NCBI GenBank assembly: GCA_030141605.1 | Contig: JAQGDQ010000173.1 | Location: 1-64,000 of the forward strand | Source of the DNA: Tubiluchus corallicola | Lineage: Eukaryota; Animalia; Priapulida | DNA: 64,000 nucleotides | Direction: 5' to 3' | Part shown: piece by piece, positions 56,001 to 64,000 of the stretch | Numbering within the stretch: the first letter of the stretch is position 1 | Layout of the letters: every line of letters begins with the position of its first letter | Made by a program: the position numbers and the translations under genes | Notes under the pieces: generated by a model | The model's database searches: none | The model's input: only the letters and a program-made list of their open reading frames with translations | What the model was told of the DNA's origin: nothing

Positions 56001-57055
56001 CTGGAAACAGCTTTTTCCCTTTTAGCGACATTGATTTTTTTGTCGATTTTTAAGAACTGGTTAATGGAACTTTGTCAATATTTAAGGTAAACTGCATTGA
56101 TTCAAAGTAGAAGAAGTTGCCAGTAAAACTCAGACTACGTTTATGTCATTTGTTTGTTTGTTTGTTTGTTTTTGCTTGGAATTGGTAACAGCTCTAGTCT
56201 CCAGACGTCTTATAATAGCTATTGTTAACTGCTAAGTATAGTTCACTTAATTAACCTAACTTACATTTAGTTTATAGAAAGTAATGATTGTAAAATGTTT
56301 TTGAAGTAAAGACTTATGTGAGAAAGCATAAATAATAGTACATGGGTATAGTAATCTTAACCCTTTCAGTCCCAAATTATTTTTTTAATAAGAAAAAATT
56401 TTTAGGCTTGGTACTTTTGTTCAGTATGTCCATCTTGTTTACACATAATAATTATTTTTTCTACCTGTGCCCGTGTGCTAAATATAGCCTGTATCCCACG
56501 GGATACATTGGGATTCAATGGTTGCTAAACATGACAAAAAGCAAATGCTGTATATTTGGAAATCTGAAGTTTATTCAATACATTTAATAACTTTTTAAAG
56601 TATTTAAGACATTTAGTATGCATGCTATGCTAATCTGTACAAAGTCGTCTCTAAAGTACTGTACTTTGCGCAGTTTTTTATGCTATGTAGATTTTCTAGT
56701 TTGCCTTTTTATCACCATTTTTAGTCTATTGTTATTGGCTTAAATCAAAATAACTATTAACAGATCAAATAACTGTCAGTTTTAAATTTTTATTAATTTT
56801 TAAGGCAAAAAATATTCTCGTATCACACGGGATACAACGGGTTTGAAAGGGTTTAGCAACTACAATTTTGTGCAAAAAGATTTATTATTGTAATATAATA
56901 AGCTTAATTTTTATTGTTTTCATTGGTACAGAGCTGCTAATCCACAGAAGTTACTTCAAGCTGTAATGGCGTTGCGGCCAGAGGATCAACTTGAATTTTT
57001 CAGGCTTCTAAAAGAGAAACTGACGAACACAGGTGTACTGTCTATAGAAGCGTAG
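38013..57055 (+). CDS. CDS2: Phosphatidate cytidylyltransferase / CDP-diacylglycerol synthase (CDS1/CDS2 ortholog), spliced gene model (11 exons, 473 aa)
   Basis: Exons 38013-38081, 40146-40357, 41136-41232, 42938-43114, 43952-44071, 45633-45715, 47271-47427, 48386-48532, 50359-50490, 54991-55094, 56932-57055 (1422 nt). Motifs [57 protein letters not shown]. The symbol is nominal: probably a single invertebrate CDS1/2 ortholog. Confidence 0.95.
38389..39290. mobile_element. hAT-like non-autonomous element
   Basis: CAGGGCCGGC...GCTAGCCCTG; TSD GTGTTCAT/GTCTTCAT. Confidence 0.75.
39347..39845 (+). mobile_element. MITE family B copy
   Basis: Homologous to 4726-5245; ATTCTC on both sides. Confidence 0.85.
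40146..40357 (+). CDS. CDS2: CDS exon 2 (ends at a GC donor)
   Basis: Acidic N-terminal region...[13 protein letters not shown]; AG|GCAAGT is needed to keep frame. Confidence 0.82.
41136..41232 (+). CDS. CDS2: CDS exon 3
   Basis: [16 protein letters not shown]...[10 protein letters not shown]. Confidence 0.93.
42325..42820 (-). mobile_element. LINE family D 3' fragment with an internal tandem duplication
   Basis: Matches 24810-25180; the segment around 42410-42615 is duplicated. Confidence 0.75.
42938..43114 (+). CDS. CDS2: CDS exon 4
   Basis: [13 protein letters not shown]...[12 protein letters not shown]...NYFFYGE. Confidence 0.95.
43952..44071 (+). CDS. CDS2: CDS exon 5
   Basis: [30 protein letters not shown]. 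Confidence 0.93.
44101..45364. mobile_element. hAT-like element carrying a 34-bp minisatellite (44257-45170, ~27 units)
   Basis: TIR CAGGGCCGGATTA / TAATCCAGCCCTG; unit tatctcaaataaagggcctcaaacaaaaaccatt. Confidence 0.8.
45633..45715 (+). CDS. CDS2: CDS exon 6
   Basis: [25 protein letters not shown]. Confidence 0.93.
45767..46984. mobile_element. pogo/Tc1-mariner-like non-autonomous element with a triplicated right end
   Basis: TA|CAGAAGGTACCGCTTAATAGACTCAC ... GTGAGTCTATTAAGCGGCACCTACTG|TA; right TIR ends at 46564, 46774 and 46984. Confidence 0.8.
47271..47427 (+). CDS. CDS2: CDS exon 7
   Basis: [33 protein letters not shown]. Confidence 0.96.
47620..48200 (-). mobile_element. LINE family D 3' fragment
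   Basis: Near-identical to 24810-25322. Confidence 0.78.
48386..48532 (+). CDS. CDS2: CDS exon 8
   Basis: YFVCPVDF...[12 protein letters not shown]. Confidence 0.9.
48781..49285. repeat. Minisatellite, 34-bp unit x ~14
   Basis: aggatctgattaattgattggtttattcaaacta. Confidence 0.95.
49539..50033 (-). mobile_element. Bipartite non-autonomous RTE element (5'UTR fused to RT 3' end)
   Basis: TSD (T)GCATTAATACATACAT at 49522/3-49538 and 50033/4-50049; degenerate [17 protein letters not shown]...EMRMLR; (GAA)n tail. Confidence 0.85.
49953..50033 (-). ncRNA. Twister ribozyme (P1-type, 5' P1 strand missing) at the 5' end of the RTE-derived element
   Basis: Minus strand AA-CCTA-GC-[CACTG..CAGTG]-CTGGTCCCAAGCCCAG-ATAAA-TAGG-GAG-GG-TTAGGG reproduces the twister layout (P2 CCTA/TAGG, P3, P4 with loop TCCCAAGC). 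Confidence 0.75.
50359..50490 (+). CDS. CDS2: CDS exon 9
   Basis: [35 protein letters not shown]. Confidence 0.95.
50491..52520. repeat. Minisatellite, 31-bp unit x ~65, starting at the CDS exon 9 donor
   Basis: Unit gtaagtatgtttaacacatagcgtcacagca. Confidence 0.96.
52689..52808 (+). pseudogene. 5S rRNA-derived sequence (pseudogene or head of a SINE3-like retroelement)
   Basis: ~120-nt match to metazoan 5S (GAAAACACCGGTTCTCGTC.GATCACCG, AGTTAAGCAA, TTAGTACTTGGATGGGTGACCGCCT.GGAATACC); first bases diverged and no T-run terminator after it. Confidence 0.85.
53458..54147. repeat. Tandem repeat, 113-bp unit x ~6
   Basis: Period 53458->53571->53684. Confidence 0.95.
54991..55094 (+). CDS. CDS2: CDS exon 10
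   Basis: [27 protein letters not shown] (CTP_transf_1 signature). Confidence 0.96.
55370..55889. mobile_element. hAT (Blackjack/Tip100-like) MITE
   Basis: TAGGGTTACC...GGTAACCCT; 8-bp TSD TGTTTATA. Confidence 0.8.
56361..56851 (-). mobile_element. piggyBac-like MITE copy
   Basis: Reverse complement of 9104-9563. Confidence 0.85.
56932..57055 (+). CDS. CDS2: CDS last coding exon
   Basis: [29 protein letters not shown]...IEA*. Confidence 0.9.
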
Positions 57056-58798
57056 TCACAAGCATACAGTTATGGTAAGCCACAAACACAGGTGTACTGT
57101 CTATAGAAGCGTAGTCACAAGCATACAGTTATGGTAAGCCACAAACACAGGTGTACTGTCTATAGAAGCGTAGTCACAGGTGTACTGTCTATAGAAGCGT
57201 AGTCACAGGTGTACTGTCTATAGAAGCGTAGTCACAGGTGTACTGTCTATAGAAGCGTAGTCACAGGTGTACTGTCTATAGAAGCGTAGTCACAAGCATA
57301 CAGTTATGGTAAGCCACAAACACAGGTGTACTGTCTATAGAAGCGTAGTCACAAGCATACAGTTATGGTAAGGGAAACACAGGTGTACTGTCTATAGAAG
57401 CGTAGTCACAAGCATACAGTTATGGTAAGCACTGACAAACACAGGTGTACTGTCTATAGAAGCGTAGTCACAAGCATACAGTTATGGTAAGCCACAAACA
57501 CAGGTGTACTGTCTATAGAAGCGTAGTCACAAGCATACAGTTATGGTAAGCCTGACAAACACAGGTGTACTGTCTATAGAAGCGTAGTCACAAGCATACA
57601 GTTATGGTAAGCACTGACAAACACAGGTGTACTGTCTATAGAAGCGTAGTCACAAGCATACAGTTATGGTAAGCCACAAACACAGGTGTACTGTCTATAG
57701 AAGCGTAGTCACAAGCATACAGTTATGGTAAGCCACAAACACAGGTGTACTGTCTATAGAAGCGTAGTCACAAGCATACAGTTATGGTAAGCACTGACAA
57801 ACACAGGTGTACTGTCTATAGAAGCGTAGTCACAAGCATACAGTTATGGTAAGCACTGACAAACACAGGTGTACTGTCTATAGAAGCGTAGTCACAAGCA
57901 TACAGTTATGGTAAGGGAAACACAGGTGTACTGTCTATAGAAGCGTAGTCACAAGCATACAGTTATGGTAAGCCACAAACACAGGTGTACTGTCTATAGA
58001 AGCGTAGTCACAAGCATACAGTTATGGTAAGCATGACAAACACAGGTGTACTGTCTATAGAAGCGTAGTCACAAGCATACAGTTATGGTAAGCACTACAA
58101 ACACAGGTGTACTGTCTAGAAGCGTAGTCACAAGCATACAGTTATGGTAAGCACTGACAAACACAGGTGTACTGTCTATAGAAGCGTAGTCACAAGCATA
58201 CAGTTATGGTAGCAACAAACACAGGTGTACTGTCTATAGAAGCGTAGTCACAAGCATACAGTTATGGTAGCCACAAACACAGGTGTACTGTCTATAGAAG
58301 CGTAGTCACAAGCATACAGTTATGGTAAGCCACAAACACAGGTGTACTGTCTATAGAAGCGTAGTCACAAGCATACAGTTATGGTAAGCCACAAACACAG
58401 GTGTACTGTCTATAGAAGCGTAGTCACAGGTGTACTGTCTATAGAAGCGTAGTCACAGGTGTACTGTCTATAGAAGCGTAGTCACAGGTGTACTGTCTAT
58501 AGAAGCGTAGTCACAGGTGTACTGTCTATAGAAGCGTAGTCACAGGTGTACTGTCTATAGAAGCGTAGTCACAGGTGTACTGTCTATAGAAGCGTAGTCA
58601 CAGGTGTACTGTCTATAGAAGCGTAGTCACAGGTGTACTGTCTATAGAAGCGTAGTCACAGGTGTACTGTCTATAGAAGCGTAGTCGCAGGTGTACTGTC
58701 TATAGAAGCGTAGTCACAGGTGTACTGTCTATAGAAGCGTAGTCGCAGGTGTACTGTCTATAGAAGCGTAGTCGCAAGCATACAGTTATGGTAAGCCA
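57026..58798. repeat. Minisatellite made from the CDS stop-codon region (~59-bp and 29-bp units)
   Basis: Unit aacacaggtgtactgtctatagaagcgTAGtcacaagcatacagttatgGTAAGccac; about 22 long and about 16 short units. Confidence 0.95.
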
Positions 58799-58850
58799 TT
58801 GTTAATGCAGAATGTCTGCATTTTTGTTAAACATTTGAATTGAGAAACCT

Positions 58851-59295
58851 TGATAAATCTAGCCACCTAAGTGCGTGAACCCCGGAACTTTACGGGAGAC
58901 GTCCCGCCTACGTGAAACGCTAGCGGACTGATATTAAATGAGGGGTACCCCGATGTTCTAGTGCAAGTTGTAAGTTTTTGTTTATTGTTTTGGTTAATTA
59001 ATTAATTATGCCAATTAAAAATGTTAAACCTACGGCAAACAGTTTGTTTATTTATACTTTGTTGTGTTCACTGTTTCTGTTCTCACAGTATCACCCCATT
59101 GGCCCATTCTCTGTACTTTAGGACGGACCGACCCCTCCTGCGTTTGTAATTGCCTTAGAATTAAAACAATTATTTGGCTGCTCCTTAACATTTGGAGTCA
59201 TCAACCCGTTCAGCAATCCATCTTGACTTAAGTTGCCGGACCCAAGTTCGAGGCCCAGTTGGACTAGCAAAGAATTTCGTGACCCGAATGTTACA
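58851..59295. mobile_element. Possible solo LTR
   Basis: TG...CA ends (TGATA...TTACA) with 4-bp ACCT on both sides; GC-richer interior. Confidence 0.4.
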
Positions 59296-59734
59296 ACCTT
59301 GTAAATTTAGATTAGATTAAACTGTGTTTTGATAGCATCTTTAATTGTTCTACATAATAGCTTGGACAACTAAATCAGAAGTATGCCAAAAAGGGGTGAA
59401 CATTTTCTACCAGAAAGCAGATTCGAGCCAAACCGAATTTTAACATTTTCGAGTCGTAATCAAATGCGTATTCAGTGTTAAAGCTTTTCGAATAAATTTT
59501 TGAACGACTAATGAAAAGCAGTCTCACAAAGATTTTGCATATTGATTCTGTTCTGCGCTAAAACCAACAATAACGTGTTCAAAAACTGTGCAGAGAAATT
59601 GTGCTGGCTGAGTGATATTGTAAACATTTTAATGATAAAGAATGCGTTTAACTGAAGCGACGAAACTCGAGCAAAAGAATTTGAATGTTCCGCAGCTTAC
59701 TCCTGATGACATTATTTCTTTAGACATCATAGGT

Positions 59735-60242
59735 CAGGGGTGTGCAAATTATCTGACTAGCCGGGCCACATTAAACTTTCCCGCAATTCCTGCGGGCCAC
59801 AGGCAGTTTGATCAAGAAGCCAAGTACAGAAAGGCCTAATAACGATTTTTTTTGCATCCGACCTGCGTACATCGTTACTACTACACTCAAGAAACTATTT
59901 TAGAAGTTATTAAAATTTATATTACAAACCATATATTTCTACTTTCAGGACAGATAGTGGTAATTTCATTACAATGCATATTAGTAATGTGTATCACACA
60001 GTCTGTGTAGTACAGTGTTATAACTTATTAAACTACAACCATCTTGTAAGGGTTAATGGCATCCGATCTAGTAGAAAAAACTACCCGCACTATCTTTGGG
60101 ATCGTGGCACGGACTTCAGCTGGATACACTCAATTAATCGCCCGGGCCGCACTTTCATTAGGTTGACAAATGTCTTCGCGGGCCGCACAAATTCTCTCGG
60201 CGGGCCGCAAGTGGCCCGCGGGCCGCAATTTGCACACCCCTG
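59735..60242. mobile_element. hAT-Charlie-like MITE
   Basis: 16-bp TIR CAGGGGTGTGCAAATT; subterminal GGGCCGCA repeats; TSD TCATAGGT/TCATAAAT. Confidence 0.85.
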
Positions 60243-61692
60243 TCATAAATAGATGGATCACGTGTTTCTGTAAACAATCAAAGTAACAAAGGCTACTAGA
60301 ACATGAAAGTATGACAGCTTTTTTCATTTGTTAAGCGATTCATGACAGATTAAAATTGTAGAACCGATAGCTCGGATTTTTGGCAGAGTTGCGAACGAAT
60401 ATCGTGGCGCTAAACGACACCATCGATTTTCGAAACTGTTTAAGAAACCGGAAAGATGAAATTGTTTATGTTTGTTGCTATGGTAATAATTATCAACAAC
60501 TATCAATTGTAGGAAAAGCACCAGCAATTGACCAGTTAACTTTGTATTAAACTGCCATTATGTTTACACTTTCAGATACTCTAACTTTCTGTAGAACTGA
60601 TGATTGGGGCATTTATCAGAAATGGTTGTCGTGGTGATCAGGAAGATAGTTGTGTTAGTCTGTTAAAGCCGATCCTGAAAATTGACTGGCTGTATGTTGG
60701 ATTATCTTGGTATGAACATCAAGAAAAAAAATGGTGTCGGGATTCTAATGCTAGCTAATCATTGTGTTTTGGGAGCTACCTAAATTGTACGTTCCATCAA
60801 AGATAGGACGTCTTTAGTCCTTAATTTACGATTTCGTTGTTGTTGCTTTGTTAAGTTTAACTTTTAACTGTTGTCGCAATATAATCCTAGATAGTCTAAT
60901 TGCTAGAAATGACTTTTTGAATGCAGTGTGCATTGTCTGTAATAAAACGGAGCTGTCATTGTCATTAGTATTTTGTTAGAGGAGCAGTATGCGAGTTATT
61001 CACGCTGCTTTACCCAAAAGAGATATTAATTTTTCACTAAACCAAATGGTGTTTGTATTTAGTAGAATTTGTCTTAGCCTGGTGCCAGGTTTGTAGATGT
61101 TTGAAGTAACAGTGAAAAGTTGTTCTTTGTTTCTTTAATCGTCTCATTCTTGCCAAAGTTTTACTTAAAATCTTCTGTTGTATTTTCAAGTACAAGTGCA
61201 GTTAAACTTTGTTACACTGCTACCTGTTGTGCCGCCAAACTCGTTTACTGCCTGCAAAATGGCCAGGAACTAAATGGCTTTATTCAAATGCATATAAAAA
61301 TAACTCCTTATACAGCCTCCCGTTCCCTGCTATCTGCCGGGCAAATTAATAGGCATGTTCAAATTTGGAAATACTGCCTGCAGGACCAGCGGCTTGTCAA
61401 TGTAATACCAACTGTATGAGTCTGCTATGCACTGTGCTGAGTCGCTGACACTGGCTAAGCGTCACATGTAAAATAATGCATATTATAGTGTTCTGATTGT
61501 TTGCAAGTTGTACTGTTTGTTGTAAAGTCACAAAAATATTATTGCCATTGCCATGCAGTCATAATGGCAACTAACAAGAGAACATGCTTGGCTCTTTTTT
61601 GCTAGTGAGCAGTGTTAAAATATGCTTTATATGGTTTTACATTTTATGCGTGATATTGCCAACTTTCTTCTGGTCCCAATGTGGGCCGTATA

Positions 61693-62261
61693 AAGAGTTT
61701 TGACTGTGCATGCATTAGGCTGTTGTTGCAATAGCATTGAGTTTTGATTGTGCATGCATTAGGCTTTTGTTGCAATAGCAGAGTTTTGATTGTGCATGCA
61801 TTAGGCTGTTGTTGCATTAGCAAACAGTTTTGATTGTGCATGCATTAGGCTGTTGTTGCAATAGCAAAGAGTTTTGATTGTGCATGCATTAGGCTGTTGT
61901 TGCAATAGCAAAGAGTTTTGATTGTGCATGCATTAGGCTGTTGTTGCAATAGCAAAGAGTTTTGATTGTGCATGCATTAGGCTGTGGTTGCAATAGCAGA
62001 GTTTTGATTGTGCATGCATTAGGCTGTTGTTGCATTAGCAAAGAGTTTTGATTGTGCATGCATTAGGCTGTTGTTGCAATAGCAAAGAGTTTTGATTGTG
62101 CATGCATTAGGCTGTTGTTGCAATAGCAAAGAGTTTTGATTGTGCATGCATTAGGCTGTTGTTGCAATAGCAGAGTTTTGATTGTGCATGCATTAGGCTG
62201 TTGTTGCATTAGCATTGAGTTTTGATTGTGCATGCATTAGGCTGTTGTTGCAATGGCATTG
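61693..62261. repeat. Minisatellite, 42-44-bp unit x ~13
   Basis: gagttttgattgtgcatgcattaggctgttgttgcaatagcaaa. Confidence 0.95.
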
Positions 62262-63545
62262 CATTTAACTGCTTACTGCAAATTAACAGCAATTTCGAGT
62301 TTAATTCCGAATTAACAGTGTTGTTTTATGTTTAAGAACTTCAGTACTTAGTGTCACTCCAGTAGAATATGTGGCGTTAGATTTTGTTGATGATTTTTAA
62401 ATCGTTAACTTCAAAAACAAGTTAAAAAAAGCTAAGGAAAGAAAGAAAGAAAAAAGACAAAGCAAAAGGACGAAAGAGAAAGAGAAATAAAAACGCGAGA
62501 AGAAAAAAGAAATCAAAATGAAACTAATACTTGGAGAAAAACAGTATCTGCTACATAATGCTGTAGTGCAAGCATGGAGGAATTTTAGGGCTTAATGTGT
62601 TGTAAAACACACGACTTTTTGTTGTCAACAGCACAGGACAAACTAATCTGTGCTCTGAGCTTTGAGCGTGACAAGCTGTTGAAGTTCATCTTTGGTGCAG
62701 CTGCTGAAATTCAGGAAATTTCTTGTTTAAAATCAGTTGCTGATTTGTGCAAATCACGGAGATCTGATTCCTTTATTTCTGGAAAATAAGTATAGCAATT
62801 TGCGAAAAAATGAAAAAGACAATGAAGTTAACCTGGCTCATAGAGGGTCCAGCGAGAGTATGCAAATGGTAGATTTCCTGGCCTGTGAAATGTTGCACCA
62901 CTGCAAAAATCAACCCAAACTTTTTTTTTACTATGTGTTTTGTTAACTTGCTTTTAGTTAGTCCTCTACCTGAATTTGTATTCTGCTTTACAATAATAGA
63001 TGCATTTTTCTGTTGATCTATGCAGTTTTTGAACAAAATATGTTTTTTTATCATTTTTGGGGCATCATGCAGCCCTAATGGTGATCACAGTATGATGTGA
63101 CATTATGCCTGTGTTGATTGTAATTACACTTGTATAATTTATTTGTTATTAATTTGTACAAATTTTATTATGTGTTATTATAGTGGATGTATAGACATTT
63201 TTTATTTTATTTGTATATATAGTTAGTTTATTTTGGCTTTTAGTTGAGTTTGTTGAAGAAGTCATTTGACCAAAACACCTGCAGTAGCTGCTTGGCATTG
63301 CTAACAACCAAACAAGACGTCATTATGTGCAATGTAAGGCCCATTGTCTGGGGGTTTACCTCTTTTATGGGGTGCTGCCTTTTGTTGTCCACTTTCGTCA
63401 TGAAAATTGCTTCATTCTCATGAAACTTCGGTCATCCGGTAAAAATTGTATGTCACCATCATCCGAATCTTTATCATAGCTTGCATGTTTGATAGCTCGA
63501 GATTATTTTATCACACATTTTCAAAGTTAAAGATTTGAAAGTATT

Positions 63546-63707
63546 GAAACAATGGCGTGCAGTCTTTGAATAACGATTGCACATTACGTGTGCTGCCACG
63601 AAACAGTGGCGTGCAGTCTTTGAATAACGATTGCACATTAAGTGTGCCGCCACGAAACAATGGCGTGCAGTCTTTGAATAACGATTGCACATTACGTGTG
63701 CTGCCAC
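63546..63707. repeat. 54-bp tandem repeat x 3
   Basis: gaaacaatggcgtgcagtctttgaataacgattgcacattacgtgtgctgccac. Confidence 0.92.
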
Positions 63708-64000
63708 TAACGCCACAAATGGGTGAAAGAAAGGGGGGGAATGTTGCATCATTTTGATGTTGGATTTAGAATGCATTCTCACAGACAGTATTGTGGGTAA
63801 TTATTTCGTTTTTCGAATAAGTAATTGTGTCAAGCTAATGTAATCACTGTGTTTGTTATTTTCCATCAAATTGCTGTGTGTATCAGACAGTTGACGTCTG
63901 CACTTATTTTAATGTATGATTGTCTCAAAGGTGTAGCAAGTTTGTAAAGCTTTCAGAACTGTTCATCCTTTCACTGTACGAAATTGTGGGGAAAAGTGTG

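Noticed and set aside
57026-58798. CRISPR-like look (constant repeat with short variable junctions)
   Set aside because: The variable parts are only 2-7 nt and derive from flanking sequence; there are no unique spacers or cas genes and the context is eukaryotic
60560-62950. Possible fourth gene near the window end
   Set aside because: Only degenerate hints (an endonuclease-like TISD motif on -, a Lys-rich and Cys/His patch on +) with stops and no consistent splice chain; likely decayed transposon sequence

Overview
AT-rich, intron-rich animal (invertebrate-type) genomic DNA, not prokaryotic. Three spliced protein-coding genes can be reconstructed exon by exon with continuous reading frames. 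POLR3D/RPC4 is on + (8 coding exons, 1153-12618, 355 aa). MCU, the mitochondrial calcium uniporter, is on - (7 exons, 37685-17789, 339 aa, WDIMEP pore motif). A CDS1/2-type CDP-diacylglycerol synthase is on + (11 exons, 38013-57055, 473 aa, one GC-AG intron). MCU and CDS are head-to-head, with ATGs 327 bp apart around an NRF1-type site. Introns are packed with hAT, piggyBac-like and pogo-like MITEs, RTE and CR1/L2 LINE fragments, SINEs and more than 12 minisatellite arrays. The best leads are: (1) a TSD-flanked bipartite RTE-derived element whose 5' end starts at the cleavage site of a twister ribozyme; (2) a 5S-rRNA-headed retroelement followed by a duplicated hairpin motif; (3) minisatellites built from a splice donor and from the stop-codon/donor segment of CDS; (4) a 644-bp inverted duplication bracketing the start-codon exon of POLR3D. 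Most ORFs in the supplied track are repeat artefacts. Homology statements are from recognition of motifs, not from database searches.
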